Shown here one piece after another: positions 18,621 through 29,382 of a DNA stretch of 64,000 nt. Positions within the stretch are counted from its first letter, which is position 1. Each line of letters opens with the position of its first letter. Origin of the DNA: an uncultured Gemmatimonadales bacterium (lineage in GTDB: Bacteria > Gemmatimonadota > Gemmatimonadetes > Gemmatimonadales > Gemmatimonadaceae); assembly GCA_963793305.1 (NCBI GenBank), contig CAWBZV010000002.1, positions 640,001-704,000 of the forward strand, in the 5' to 3' direction. Both the position numbers and the translations under genes were made by a program. The notes below the pieces were generated by a model. That model ran no database searches and was not told the origin of the DNA. It saw only the letters and a program-made list of their open reading frames with translations.

Positions 18621-19865
18621 GTGCGCCTCGAACTAGTCACGATCGGTGACGAGCTGCTGCTCGGATTCACGGTCGATACGAACGCCGCCTACATGGCGCG
18701 CCAGCTCGCCGGCATCGGTGTCGAGATCGTTCGCCGCGCGACGTGTGGCGACGAGCCGGCGGCCATCGCCGAGGCCGTAGGCGACGCGCTCAGGCGAACC
18801 GGCGCGCTGATCACGACCGGCGGCCTCGGCCCGACGAGCGATGACCGCACGAAAGAGTCGATCGCCGCGCTCTTCGGTCGCGGGATGCGGCTCGACGACG
18901 AGATCCTTCAGCGCCTCGAGGAGCGCTGGGCGGCCCGCTTCAAGCAGCCGCTCCCCGCGCCCAATCGCCAGCAAGCGATGATCCCGGAGGACGCCGAGGT
19001 ACTCACGAATCGCCATGGGAGCGCGCCGGGGATCTGGCTCGAGGACGACGCCGGCCGGTGGGTCGCCATGCTGCCCGGCGTCCCGCGCGAAATGCGCGGC
19101 ATGCTCGGTGATGAGCTTATCCCGCGTCTCACCGCGCGCCTCGGTACTGCGGCTGTCGTCCGGTCCGCGACACTGCGCACGACCGGCATTGCGGAGTCGC
19201 TGCTGGCCGAGCAGCTCGGCAACGTGGCGAGAGGCGTCGATGGGCTCCCGCTCGCGTATCTGCCCGGCCATGATGGTGTCGATCTGCGTCTCACCGCCCG
19301 CGGGTTGCCGGCGGACGCGGCCGAACGGGCACTGGATACTGGCATCGCAGCCTTGCGTGAGAAGACCGGGCGGTTTGCGTACGCCACGGGGTCCGAGGAC
19401 CTTGCCGAGGTGGTGCTCGACCTCTGTCGCGCGAAGGGTCTGACGATAGCGACTGGCGAAAGCTGCACCGGTGGTATGCTCGGTGAGCGCCTCACGGCTA
19501 TTCCAGGGTCAAGCGATGTGGTCGTCGGTGGCGTCATCGCCTACTCCAACGAAATCAAAACCGCTCTGCTGGGCGTCGACGCTGACCTGATCGCCACCCA
19601 TGGGGCTGTAAGCGAGCCAGTCGCGCGGGCGATGGCCGAGGGGGCGAGGGACAGGCTGGGGGCATCGATCGGGGTAGGGATCACCGGAATCGCTGGCCCC
19701 GGCGGTGCAACGCCGGGGAAGCCGGTCGGCACCGTTGACCTCGCCATTGCGGGCCCATGGCCGACAGAAGCCCGCCGTGTGCAACTCATTGGCGATCGTG
19801 AGGAGATCCGGTATCGAGCCAGTCAGGGGGCGCTGAACATGATCAGGCTGCGATTAGATTCATAA
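18621..19865 (+). CDS. cinA: Competence/damage-inducible protein CinA (MoCF + PncC domains)
   Basis: IGDELLLGFTVDTN, TGGLGPTSDD, LPGVPREM, ESCTGG, GAVS, ITGIAGPGG. Confidence 0.95.
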   Translation: MRLELVTIGDELLLGFTVDTNAAYMARQLAGIGVEIVRRATCGDEPAAIAEAVGDALRRTGALITTGGLGPTSDDRTKESIAALFGRGMRLDDEILQRLEERWAARFKQPLPAPNRQQAMIPEDAEVLTNRHGSAPGIWLEDDAGRWVAMLPGVPREMRGMLGDELIPRLTARLGTAAVVRSATLRTTGIAESLLAEQLGNVARGVDGLPLAYLPGHDGVDLRLTARGLPADAAERALDTGIAALREKTGRFAYATGSEDLAEVVLDLCRAKGLTIATGESCTGGMLGERLTAIPGSSDVVVGGVIAYSNEIKTALLGVDADLIATHGAVSEPVARAMAEGARDRLGASIGVGITGIAGPGGATPGKPVGTVDLAIAGPWPTEARRVQLIGDREEIRYRASQGALNMIRLRLDS

Positions 19866-19869
19866 AACT

Positions 19870-20364
19870 ATGGCATTCTCTGACCAAGCAGACGGTGCTC
19901 CAGACCAGGCGCCTCTGCCGGCCGAGGCGGACATCGAGGAGCAGAAGGACAAGTACCTGCGTCTCGCCGCCGAATACGACAATTACCGGAAACGCACGCA
20001 GCGCGAGCGCCAGGAAGAGCGGGCACGCTCCCAAGCGGACCTGGTCAAGCAACTCATCGATGGCCTCGAGGATCTCGCGCGGGTCGCGCACGTGGACCCG
20101 GCGACGGTCGATGTCGGCACGGTCATACACGGCGCCGATATCGCCGAGCGCAAGCTGCTCAAGGCGCTGCAGAACGCCGGACTCGTCATCATCAACCCAA
20201 TCGACCAGGCCTTCGATCCGGCGCTGCACGAGGCGGTCGGGACCGAGCCCGCCTTGTCGCCCGAGGACGACCACCTCGTAGCCCGGGTGTACCAGCCGGG
20301 CTATCTGTTCAACTCCCAACTCCTGCGTCCCGCACGAGTCGTCGTGAAGCAGTGGAACGGTTGA
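19870..20364 (+). CDS. grpE: Nucleotide exchange factor GrpE
   Basis: [38 protein letters not shown]. Confidence 0.95.
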   Translation: MAFSDQADGAPDQAPLPAEADIEEQKDKYLRLAAEYDNYRKRTQRERQEERARSQADLVKQLIDGLEDLARVAHVDPATVDVGTVIHGADIAERKLLKALQNAGLVIINPIDQAFDPALHEAVGTEPALSPEDDHLVARVYQPGYLFNSQLLRPARVVVKQWNG

Positions 20365-20371
20365 TCTGACC

Positions 20372-21514
20372 ATGGCGTCACAGACCAAGGACTATTACGC
20401 GGTCCTGGGTGTGCCAGCATCGGCAAGCCAAGACGAGATCAAGAAGCAGTATCGGAAGCTCGCCAAGAGAAACCACCCGGACACGAACCAGAGCGACCCG
20501 AAGGCCGCCGAGCGCTTCAAGGAGATCTCGGAGGCCTACACCGTGCTGGGCGACGCGGACAAGCGGAAGCAGTACGACGAAATGCGGCGGCTCGGCGCGT
20601 TCGGCGGTTTCGCCGACGCAGCGCACAGCGCGCGCGGTGGAGCACGCCCTCGGCCCGGTCCTGGTCCGACACCCGGCGGTTCCTCGTATCGCTACGAGGA
20701 CTTCGACGTCGGCGGCTTCGGCGGTCTCGGGGATCTCTTCAGCTCGATGTTCGGCGGCAACGGCGAGCGCGCGACGCGCTCCAGTGGTCCCGAGCGCGGG
20801 CAGACGGTCGAGACGACGCTCGAGATCCCGTTCCGAACCGCTGCACTCGGCGGCAAAGTGCCGATCGAGCTCGAAGTAAACGAGCCGTGTCCGACCTGTC
20901 ACGGGAGCGGCGGCGCCCCCGGTGCGACATTCAAAACCTGCCCGGAGTGCGGTGGCCGTGGGACCGTGTCATTTGGTCAGGGCGGCTTCGCGGTGAACCG
21001 GCCGTGCCCGATGTGCCTTGGCCGCGGACAGGTGCCGAGCCAGACGTGTCCGACCTGCAATGGGGTCGGCGAAGTGCGGAATCGCAAGAAGATCTTGATC
21101 ACCGTGCCGCCTGGCGCCGACACCGGGACCAAGATCCGACTCCGCGGACAGGGTGGCGCCGGGTCGCAAGGAGCAGCGCCCGGCGATCTCGTCATCACGT
21201 TCCAGGTGACGCCGGATCGCTTCTACAAACGCGACGGCCTCGATGTCATCGCGACGGTGCCGCTCAACATCGCGCAAGCGACGCTCGGCTCGAAGATCAG
21301 CGTGCGGACGCTCGACGGGAAGAAAGTCGCGATCCGCATTCCGCCGGGCACGCCGGCGGGGAAGCGCTTCCGCGTGCCCGGTCAGGGCATCGCGAAGGAC
21401 AACGCCAAGGGCGATCTCATCGTCGAGGTCACCATCAACGTTCCGGAGAAGCTCACGGAAGAGCAGGAGCGGATGATGAAAGAGTTCGCGGAATCAGGTG
21501 GCCTGAAATACTGA
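20372..21514 (+). CDS. dnaJ: Chaperone DnaJ
   Basis: J-domain with HPD, G/F-rich region, four CxxCxGxG repeats. Confidence 0.96.
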   Translation: MASQTKDYYAVLGVPASASQDEIKKQYRKLAKRNHPDTNQSDPKAAERFKEISEAYTVLGDADKRKQYDEMRRLGAFGGFADAAHSARGGARPRPGPGPTPGGSSYRYEDFDVGGFGGLGDLFSSMFGGNGERATRSSGPERGQTVETTLEIPFRTAALGGKVPIELEVNEPCPTCHGSGGAPGATFKTCPECGGRGTVSFGQGGFAVNRPCPMCLGRGQVPSQTCPTCNGVGEVRNRKKILITVPPGADTGTKIRLRGQGGAGSQGAAPGDLVITFQVTPDRFYKRDGLDVIATVPLNIAQATLGSKISVRTLDGKKVAIRIPPGTPAGKRFRVPGQGIAKDNAKGDLIVEVTINVPEKLTEEQERMMKEFAESGGLKY

Positions 21515-22794
21515 CGGCCGCCAGAATCCAGAGCGCTCCCCTGAGCGTCAACCAGTAACGCATTCCAGCCGGTCCCAGTGCCAGCAGTGCGAGCGTCACG
21601 AGGCACATCCCAGCAAATACCCAACAAACTCCTCGCGCTTCGCGCTCGTCGCTTTGCTTCGAGATATCGCTGTATTGGCCCATGACCGCCATCGGCGAGC
21701 GTACTTCGCGCTCGTCGCTTTGCTTCGAGATATCGCTGTATTGGCCCGTGATCGCCATCGGCGAGCGCGCGAAGCGCGCGAGGCCAATTCCGGCGAGAAT
21801 GAGCAACACCGCGTTGTCGAGCATCGCCGCGAGATTGCGCGGGGCAGTCAGTGGCAGATCTGGGTGAATGCTCGCGATAGAGACCGCCACTTTCTCTGCC
21901 AATGTGCGCATGACGTTCGAGCGGGTGCAATGCCATATAACGCAAAGCCTGCCGCTTGAAGTAGGCGTCCGCCCCGACCTCGTCGAGATCCTGGGTCTCG
22001 GCGAAGATCGGCGCCATGACAGTCTTGTTCATCGAAACGATGTCGACCTGGCCGAGCGCCAGTGACCCCCGCGCAAACGGCCCGTTGGCCTCCCACAGCG
22101 TGATGCCATCATGCGTCGACCCGATCACGAAGTGCCCGAGCACAACCTGATTCCGGACTCCCCAGACCCCCAGCGCCATCACCACGCCGGCAACGGCGAT
22201 GGCCGCGGCGCGCCGGATGGGTCCGAGCGCGAGCAGCGGCACGATGAGCAGCACGGCTTCCATACGCGTGATCGCCGCCGCGCCCGCTGCGATGAACAGT
22301 GCTACATACCCCCAGCCGCGCCAGCGGAGCGCGATGATGGCGAAGACGGCCCACAGGAGCGCGGCGCCCAAGACCGCATCGTCGCGGTTGGACGCATGAA
22401 GCAGCGTGACGGGATCGAGGGCCGCGACGAAACCCGCGACGAGCGCCAACGTCGGGCCGCCGAGCGCGAGACCAACGGCCGCGATCGAGACGATGAGCAG
22501 CGCGGCGACCGGGACGTTCCAATAATCCCAGACGCGAAGGCCCGTGCGGGTGCCCGCGGCGACCCACACAGGCTCGCCAGGGAGCTCGAACGCCCGAAGT
22601 GGTGGGTCGCTCGGTCGTGTTCCGCCCTTGAGCCGGCTCCAATCCGTGAGCTCGAGGTGACCAGTCGCGGCCAGCATCCGGCCGACATACGGCGCGGCAT
22701 TGGGTTCGACGTAGTTGCCGACGAGCCAGCGGACGCTCGCCGCCTGCGTGACGAGCGCGAAGAGCCAGACCGTGAGGAGCGGCCTGCTACGCAG
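21453..22794 (-). pseudogene. Multi-TM GT-C/ArnT-like membrane protein with a +1 frameshift near 21916 and an in-frame repeat insertion; start uncertain
   Basis: About 10 hydrophobic segments; WGVRNQVVLGHFV and GITLWEAN; reading continues in a second frame after GACGTTC (21912-21918); one-base removal gives a 447-codon frame. Confidence 0.65.
21631..21783. repeat. Palindromic REP/MITE-like element with an internal 66-bp tandem duplication
   Basis: 21638-21701 matches 21704-21767 with 2 mismatches; ends CCTCGCGCTTCGCGCTCG and CGAGCGCGCGAAGCGCGCGAGG are imperfect inverted repeats. Confidence 0.8.
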
Positions 22795-23875
22795 CCAGGA
22801 CAGGGAGCTGGGCCCGCGCGGCTTCGATGACCCCGCCGCCGATCACCATGTCACCGTCGTAGAGTACGAGCGACTGACCCGGGGCAATGGCCGCGACAGG
22901 CGCATCGAGTGCCAGCTCGATCTCCTCGCCATCAACCCGGACGATCTCGGCCGCGACCGGAGTCGCCCGATGGCGAATCTGTACGAGCACGCTCTCGCCG
23001 ACTGTTCTCGGCTCGGCGATCCAATTCAGCTCGCGCGCGATCACACCGCGACCCAACAGCTCGGCGCGCGGGCCGATCACGACCGCGCGCTCGTGCGGCC
23101 GGATCGCCGTCACGTACATGGCCTCACTGAACCCACCCGGAACTCCCCGCCGTTGGCCCACCGTAAATCTCGCGTAGCCCTCGTGCCAGCCCGCCACGGT
23201 GCCGTCGGACAGAACGAACGGGCCCCGCGCCAGCGCCGGCGCGTCAGCGCCGAGGCGCTTGGCGATGATTTTGGTGTGATCGCCATCCGGCACGAAGCAG
23301 ATATCCTGGCTCTCGACTTTCTCAGCCACCACGTCCAATCCCAATGCATGGGCGCGGGCGCGAGTCGCACTCTTCGTGAGTGAGCCTACCGGCAGCAAGA
23401 GTCGCCGCACGACGGCGGGGTCCAGGCCCCACAGGAAATACGACTGATCTTTTTTTGGATCGAGTCCGCGCCGAAGGATACCGTTCTCGGCCCGAGCATA
23501 ATGGCCTGTGGCGATCCACTTGGCGTCCAACGCGTCGCCCTTGGCCAGCAAGTCCCGAAACTTGGTGAATGTGTTACACCGAACGCATGGGATGGGCGTA
23601 CGGCCGCGGGCATACTCGGACACAAAATCGGCCACCACATCGCGCCCGAACGAATCTTCGAGGTTGAGGACGTAGTGCGGCACGCCGAGACGGGCACACA
23701 CGCGCCGTGCATCGTCGATAGAGTCGAGCGAGCAGCAGGGTCGATCGGGCGTCTCCTCGCCGTAGCAAAAGAGCTTCATCGTCACGCCGATGACGTCATA
23801 GCCGCCCTCGACGAGGAGCGCCGCGGCAACAGAGGAGTCCACGCCACCGGACATGGCGACGACCACACGGTCCAC
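22787..23875 (-). CDS. mnmA: tRNA 2-thiouridylase MnmA
   Basis: [48 protein letters not shown]. Confidence 0.97.
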   Translation of the reverse strand: MDRVVVAMSGGVDSSVAAALLVEGGYDVIGVTMKLFCYGEETPDRPCCSLDSIDDARRVCARLGVPHYVLNLEDSFGRDVVADFVSEYARGRTPIPCVRCNTFTKFRDLLAKGDALDAKWIATGHYARAENGILRRGLDPKKDQSYFLWGLDPAVVRRLLLPVGSLTKSATRARAHALGLDVVAEKVESQDICFVPDGDHTKIIAKRLGADAPALARGPFVLSDGTVAGWHEGYARFTVGQRRGVPGGFSEAMYVTAIRPHERAVVIGPRAELLGRGVIARELNWIAEPRTVGESVLVQIRHRATPVAAEIVRVDGEEIELALDAPVAAIAPGQSLVLYDGDMVIGGGVIEAARAQLPVLAA

Positions 23876-23877
23876 GA

Positions 23878-25035
23878 TCAGTGCCCCGCGGCCGAGAGCC
23901 GCCGCGCCTTCTCGACGAGCGCGGGAAAGATCTCGCCGACACGATCGATGTTCGCCTCGGTCGACAACGCGCCGAGACTGAGCCGCACGGCCGATCCGGC
24001 GAGATCAAGCGGGCAGTGCAGCGCCGTCAGCACGTGCAATGGGTCCGTATTGCCGCTCTGACACGCCGAGCCGGCTGAGGCGGCAACGCCGGCGAGATCG
24101 AGTGCCATGAGCATCGACTCGCTGTCCGTGCCCGGCACCGAGACCATGATGATGTGCGGCGCGCGCGTCGCCTTCTGCGCGTGGATGACGCAATCCGGAA
24201 TCCGCGCCTTGAGCGTCGCCTCCAGCCGATCGCGCAACCGGCCGAGCCGCTCGCGCTCGGCCGCGCGCTCCGCGACCACCAGCTCGGCGGCGCGCGCGAA
24301 CCCCACGGCGAACGCCACGTTCTCGGTGCCCGGCCGGCGGCCACGATCCTGCGACCCGCCATGCAGCAACGGCTCGATCACCGTGCCACGCCGAACGAAC
24401 AACGCGCCGACGCCCTTGGGCGCGCCGATCTTGTGTCCGGAGATCGTGAGCAGATCGAACGGTTGGCTCGCGGCGTCGATCGACACGGTGCAGAACGCCT
24501 GCACCGCATCGGTGTGGAACACGATATCGCGCTCGCGCGCCTGCTCGGCCAGCGTCGGGATCGGCTGCATTGTGCCGACTTCGTTGTTCACCCACATGAC
24601 GGAGCAGAGCGCGACATCGCTTCGCATCTGCGCGGCGAAGTCGTCGCCGCTCACCGCGCCATCGCGATCGACCACCAGGAACCGTTCGGTGGCACCCTCG
24701 CGGGCCGCCTGGTGCACGGCGGCCAGAATGGCCTTGTGCTCGATCGGCGTCGTGACGATGGCAGTCCGCGAGACACGGGCGCGCCAGGCGCCGAGGATCG
24801 CGAGATTGTCGCCCTCCGTCCCGCCGGAGACGAAGGAGATCTCGTCAGGATGTGAGCCTAGACATCGGGCGACACGCTCCCGAGCCTCGTCGAGCGCCAC
24901 TCGAGCCTCGCGGCCCCACCAATGGACACTCGATGGATTCCCAAATCGAGGGCCAAAGAAGGGGAGCATGGCCTCGAGGACGTCCTGACGCACCGGCGTC
25001 GTCGCGGCATGGTCGAGATAGATGGGATCAGGCAT
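23878..25035 (-). CDS. iscS: Cysteine desulfurase (IscS/NifS family)
   Basis: [44 protein letters not shown]. Confidence 0.93.
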   Translation of the reverse strand: MPDPIYLDHAATTPVRQDVLEAMLPFFGPRFGNPSSVHWWGREARVALDEARERVARCLGSHPDEISFVSGGTEGDNLAILGAWRARVSRTAIVTTPIEHKAILAAVHQAAREGATERFLVVDRDGAVSGDDFAAQMRSDVALCSVMWVNNEVGTMQPIPTLAEQARERDIVFHTDAVQAFCTVSIDAASQPFDLLTISGHKIGAPKGVGALFVRRGTVIEPLLHGGSQDRGRRPGTENVAFAVGFARAAELVVAERAAERERLGRLRDRLEATLKARIPDCVIHAQKATRAPHIIMVSVPGTDSESMLMALDLAGVAASAGSACQSGNTDPLHVLTALHCPLDLAGSAVRLSLGALSTEANIDRVGEIFPALVEKARRLSAAGH

Positions 25036-25043
25036 GACTCTGC

Positions 25044-25051
25044 AATATAAT
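25044..25051. promoter_or_regulatory. Overlapping divergent -10 elements (TATAAT on +, TATATT on -), probably driving leaderless transcripts
   Basis: Perfect TATAAT at 25046-25051, 7 nt before GTG 25059; TATATT on the minus strand 8 nt before the iscS ATG; only 23 nt separate the genes. Confidence 0.6.
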
Positions 25052-25058
25052 TCAGCCG

Positions 25059-25628
25059 GTGTTCGACCACTTCTTGCGCGCGCGAAAAGACCGGCTGCTC
25101 GCGCCGGTCGCGCGGCGGGTCGGCCGGCGGGTCTCGCCGACGACTATCACTATTCTGGCCTTCCTCGTGGGCGTGGCCGCCGCGTTGGGCGCCGCGCGCG
25201 GGGCGTACGTCATCGCCCTCGGTCTCTGGTGGGCGAATCGTCTCCTCGACGGCTTCGATGGGACGCTCGCGCGCGTCGCTGGGACGGCGAGCGCGTTCGG
25301 CGCGTACCTCGATATCGTCCTCGATTTCGTGGTCTACGCCGCCATCCCGCTGGGCCTCGTCCTCAGCGTGTCGGACCCTCGCGCGCCGCTGGCAGCCGCC
25401 CTGCTGTTGGCGACCTTCTACGTCAACGCCGCGACGTGGATGGCCCTCTCGGCCACGCCCGAGAAGAGCCCCCCTGGCCTCATCGCCGGGGCTGAAACAG
25501 TCGTGTTCTACACGTTATTTCTGGCCCTCCCCGGGCAGATCGTGCTCTTATTTCGGATCATGACGGTCCTTGTGGCCTTCACCGCGGTCCAGCGTCTCGT
25601 GTGGGCCGTGCGTCACTTGCCGAGATGA
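25059..25628 (+). CDS. CDP-alcohol phosphatidyltransferase family protein (YnjF-like)
   Basis: NRLLDGFDGTLAR...FGAYLDIVLDF; GLIAGAET. Confidence 0.88.
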   Translation: MFDHFLRARKDRLLAPVARRVGRRVSPTTITILAFLVGVAAALGAARGAYVIALGLWWANRLLDGFDGTLARVAGTASAFGAYLDIVLDFVVYAAIPLGLVLSVSDPRAPLAAALLLATFYVNAATWMALSATPEKSPPGLIAGAETVVFYTLFLALPGQIVLLFRIMTVLVAFTAVQRLVWAVRHLPR

Positions 25629-28276
25629 TCCTCGTACTCCTCGGTGCAGTAGCAACGATTTCAGGCACGGTGCGGCCTGGAGGCGCCAACGTCCGGTTCT
25701 TGCCGACAGGCGTGGGCACGGTCGCCGATTCCGTCGGCGCATTCCGCCTCGAGGTCCCGGCGCTCACGTCAGGTCGACTCATTGTCGAAGCACCCAACTA
25801 TGTGCCGGACACGGTCGCGATCCCGTCCCTGGCTCCCGGATCGACGCGCCGCGTGCGCATTGCGCTTCGGCTGCTCCCGACGCTGCCGAGTATCGCGGTG
25901 CGGGCGAGCGCGAACCGACCGTTGCTCGATGTCGCCGATGCGGCGGTCGGCGGGGCGGTGGATCGCACGGACCTCGCCAACATCCCTACAGATGCCCGCG
26001 ACCCGACCGACGTGGCCCTGTCGATTCCCGGCGTCACCCGCGGCGTCGGCTTCTTCGACTTCGCCCCAAAGCTCGACGTTGACGGCGCGAACTCGCTGTA
26101 CACGCCGTATCGCCTCGACGGCTTGGACAACAGCGAGAACTACCTCGGCGGCCCAAAGATTCTGTTGCCGCTCGACGCCGTTCAGATGGTCGCCGTATCG
26201 GCCAGCACCTACGGTGCATCGATCGGCAAGAGCGCGAACGGCGTCGTGGACTTCGAGACCCGCCGTGGCGGGGATGTCTGGTCGGGCAACGCGGTCGTCG
26301 TTGGTCGTCCCGCGGCGGCTTTTCGGCGGCTCCAGGGAGCTGTCTCCGGAGGCGGGCCGCTCGTGCCTGGCGCCACGTACGTATTCGGCGCCGCGGACTA
26401 TGCCGCCGCCGATTCGGCGGTTCCCTATGACTTTGGCGATCCGCGTTTCGGATCCGGCTCGGGCAGCAGTCATCGGACGACACTCAAGTTGTTCGGACGC
26501 GTCGACCAGCAATGGAGCGCGAGCCAGACGACGACACTCGACCTCGCGTTCAGCTCGATTGGCCTGGTCGGACAGGGCGGAGGTGTCGTCACGCGCGAAG
26601 CCGACCAGACCCAAAATCGGGTTGCGTTTCTCGGCGCGCTCCGTCACGAGAGCAACTTCGGGGGATGGACGAATACCGCGGCGGCCGAGGTCTCCACGTA
26701 TCACTACTACTATCCGCCGAGCACAACGCCGTTCTCGACGCCGCAAGTGAATGTTGTGCTCTCCGCCGACACCCTGACGACGCTCGCAACAGTGGGCTCG
26801 GCAGGGTTCCTCTTCGACGAAAATGAAATCGAAATCCAACTCGCGAACACATTGCGGCGTACCATCGGCGCCCACGCGGTGCAATTCGGCGCCGAGGTCC
26901 AACGGGAACAGTTCTCCCTCGCCGCGAACAACACAAATCCCGCCGGCACGTACACGGTCGTAGACAGCGGCATCACGGTGCACGGTGGCATGGTGTCGAT
27001 CGCCGACATCCCGGCGAACGATCGAGCGCTGTATTACACGATCGACGCCAACCCGCAGGATATTCATGGGATGAACGTGCTCGTCGGCGCGTTTGCCGAG
27101 GACGTGTGGTCGGTATCTCGACGCCTGACCATAGACTACGGCCTGCGCTGGGACTACGACGATCTGACGTCGAAAGGCCGCGGGAGTCCGCAGCTCGACA
27201 ACTTCCAGCCGCGCCTGTCGTTCAACTGGCATCCGACCGCGAATGACGTGATACGCGGAGGTGCCGGTATATACGTCGGCCACATCCCGTTCACGACGTA
27301 CACCGATGCGCGGCAATTCGCGAGGAACGGCGACAACGTGGTCACATTCTCGAACGTCGCCTTCGGCCACGGCCCGACACCGGCGGAGGTCCAAGCGGCG
27401 ACCGCCACCGAGCCAGCGCGCGAAATTCGCGAGCTGTATTACTTCGGCGCCAAAGACCCGCAGAGCTATCAGGCGTCACTTGGGCTTCAGCGCCGCCTGA
27501 GTGACTGGGGATTGTCGCTGGACGGAATCGTTGTCGGGACCAAGTATCTCCCGCGCATCTGGGACCTGAACGCACCACCATGCTTGCCCCCATGTCCCCC
27601 GGCCGAGATGCAGCGCCCCGATGGCGCATTGCCCGGTTCCTACAGCTTTCACACGACAACCGATTTCGGCGGCCAGAGTATCTACTGGGCAGTGATCGCA
27701 ACGGTTCGACACCAATTCGCGGCGAACTGGACGGCCAATGTCAGTTATACGCTTTCACGTGATCGCGACAACACCGAAGACATCAATTTCGCAGCCGAAT
27801 ACGCGAACGACTTTCACAATGAATGGGCCAATGCCGTCAACGATCGACGCCATCATGTGCAAGCACGGACCGTGTATACCGTGCTCGAGCGTCTCAAGCT
27901 GTCGACGATGGTCGACTTCACCACGGGCGCTCCGCAGAACGTCGTCGCGCCCATCGGGACGGATTACACGGGCAGTCAGAACTTCCTGCTGACCGCGAAC
28001 TCGTTCGACTACAATTATCAGCGAGTGCCAGGTACGCCGCGAGATAGCCAGCGGCTGCCGAATGAGTTCGATCAGAGCGTCGGCGTGCAGTACGAGCTGC
28101 CGCTGGGCGTGTCACTCCGAGCCGATGTGTTCAACGTCTGGAACGAGACGCTCGTCTCTGGCTTCGTGAACAACGTTCCTGGCGGCGGGCCGCGCACGCT
28201 GATTCTGCAGTCGCGGCTCCTCAACGTCTCCGGCATTCGCCGGGCCTTCCAATTCGGCGCTACGTATTCGTTTTGA
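25625..28276 (+). CDS. TonB-dependent receptor (Oar-like, with N-terminal beta-sandwich)
   Basis: Plug-like LDGLDN...DAVQMVAV; GLRWDY, FQPRLSFNW, LRADVFNVWN; C-terminal FQFGATYSF. Confidence 0.88.
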   Translation: MILVLLGAVATISGTVRPGGANVRFLPTGVGTVADSVGAFRLEVPALTSGRLIVEAPNYVPDTVAIPSLAPGSTRRVRIALRLLPTLPSIAVRASANRPLLDVADAAVGGAVDRTDLANIPTDARDPTDVALSIPGVTRGVGFFDFAPKLDVDGANSLYTPYRLDGLDNSENYLGGPKILLPLDAVQMVAVSASTYGASIGKSANGVVDFETRRGGDVWSGNAVVVGRPAAAFRRLQGAVSGGGPLVPGATYVFGAADYAAADSAVPYDFGDPRFGSGSGSSHRTTLKLFGRVDQQWSASQTTTLDLAFSSIGLVGQGGGVVTREADQTQNRVAFLGALRHESNFGGWTNTAAAEVSTYHYYYPPSTTPFSTPQVNVVLSADTLTTLATVGSAGFLFDENEIEIQLANTLRRTIGAHAVQFGAEVQREQFSLAANNTNPAGTYTVVDSGITVHGGMVSIADIPANDRALYYTIDANPQDIHGMNVLVGAFAEDVWSVSRRLTIDYGLRWDYDDLTSKGRGSPQLDNFQPRLSFNWHPTANDVIRGGAGIYVGHIPFTTYTDARQFARNGDNVVTFSNVAFGHGPTPAEVQAATATEPAREIRELYYFGAKDPQSYQASLGLQRRLSDWGLSLDGIVVGTKYLPRIWDLNAPPCLPPCPPAEMQRPDGALPGSYSFHTTTDFGGQSIYWAVIATVRHQFAANWTANVSYTLSRDRDNTEDINFAAEYANDFHNEWANAVNDRRHHVQARTVYTVLERLKLSTMVDFTTGAPQNVVAPIGTDYTGSQNFLLTANSFDYNYQRVPGTPRDSQRLPNEFDQSVGVQYELPLGVSLRADVFNVWNETLVSGFVNNVPGGGPRTLILQSRLLNVSGIRRAFQFGATYSF

Positions 28277-29382
28277 CGGCGATCGTTGCCTGTGCACGCC
28301 CTGACGAGAGGCGCGTGTTGGCGACGGAGCCGTGGGACACCGTCCTCGCGCGCTCACGCGGCACGACGGTCACGTGGGCATTGTGGCGCGGCGACCCGTC
28401 GATCAATCGGTACGTCGACGACTGGGTCGCACCCCGCTTGCGGCAACGATTCGGGATCACCCTGAACGCCGTGCCAGGACAGGGCGCTGAGCTCGTCAAT
28501 GCGCTCGTCGTCGAGCGCGACGCCCATCGCCGGTTCGGTACTGTCGACCTCGTGTGGATCAACGGCGAGACGTTTTTCAATCTTCGCCGCGAGGGGTTGC
28601 TGTACGGTCCATGGGCGGGCCGCCTCCCTGGTGCTGTCAACATCGACAGTGCCTCCCCGATTATTGCCCGCGATTTTGAGCAGCTTCCCGAGGGGTATGA
28701 GTCGCCCTGGGGGACCGTCCAGTTCGCCCTGGTCTATGACACGTCGCGCACACCACGCCCGCCCGACACCTACGAGGCCCTCCGCCTGTGGATTCATGCA
28801 CACCCTGGTCGTTTCACCTATGACCAGCAATTCACCGGCCTGACGTTTCTCAAGTGTCTCATGTATGCCCTGAATGGGGGCGCGGGACGGTTCCAGGGCG
28901 GGTTTGATTCGGTGCGCTACACAGAGGCCCGCGATCGCACCTTTGCCTGGCTCCAGGAGGTCACGCCGGACCTCTGGCGTCATGGCGTGACGTATCCGCA
29001 GGACATCGCCCAGCTCGATCGGCTGTTCGCCAACGGCGAGGTGGACTTCGCCATGTCCAACAACCAAAATGACGTCGTGACGAAAATACGATCGGGTGTT
29101 TTCCCGCCGTCCGCACGATCATACGTGCCGCGCGATGGAACGATCGCCAACACGCACTATGTCGCGATCCCGTTCAACGCGCCGAATCCCGCCGGAGCGA
29201 TGGTCGTCGCCAACTTCCTGTTGTCGCCGGAAGCCCAAGCCGAGAAGGCCAGGCCCGAAGTCTGGGGCGACGGCACTGTACTGAAAGGCGACACGGTCGC
29301 ACACCGATTCGCGGCGCCGGAAGTTGCGCCCGAATACAGCATACGCCTGCAGGACGACTGGCGGGCGCGGATTCGGCGTTGA
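28252..29382 (+). CDS. ABC transporter substrate-binding lipoprotein (YnjB-like); start ATT 28252 or TTG 28273
   Basis: VDLVWINGETF, YESPWG, HPGRFTY, GTIANTHYVAIPFNA, AMVVANFLLSPEAQ, WGDGTVL. Confidence 0.87.
   Translation: MRRYVFVLTAIVACARPDERRVLATEPWDTVLARSRGTTVTWALWRGDPSINRYVDDWVAPRLRQRFGITLNAVPGQGAELVNALVVERDAHRRFGTVDLVWINGETFFNLRREGLLYGPWAGRLPGAVNIDSASPIIARDFEQLPEGYESPWGTVQFALVYDTSRTPRPPDTYEALRLWIHAHPGRFTYDQQFTGLTFLKCLMYALNGGAGRFQGGFDSVRYTEARDRTFAWLQEVTPDLWRHGVTYPQDIAQLDRLFANGEVDFAMSNNQNDVVTKIRSGVFPPSARSYVPRDGTIANTHYVAIPFNAPNPAGAMVVANFLLSPEAQAEKARPEVWGDGTVLKGDTVAHRFAAPEVAPEYSIRLQDDWRARIRR

Noticed and set aside
21638..21767. 66-bp-period direct repeat as a CRISPR array
   Set aside because: Only two units, identical through the would-be spacer, in frame within a gene, and no cas genes nearby
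25769..27394. Long antisense or alternative-frame ORFs (e.g. 25769-27394, 46442-48031, 40596-41942, 15487-16821)
   Set aside because: Shadow ORFs expected in high-GC DNA; they mirror well-supported genes and carry no recognisable motifs
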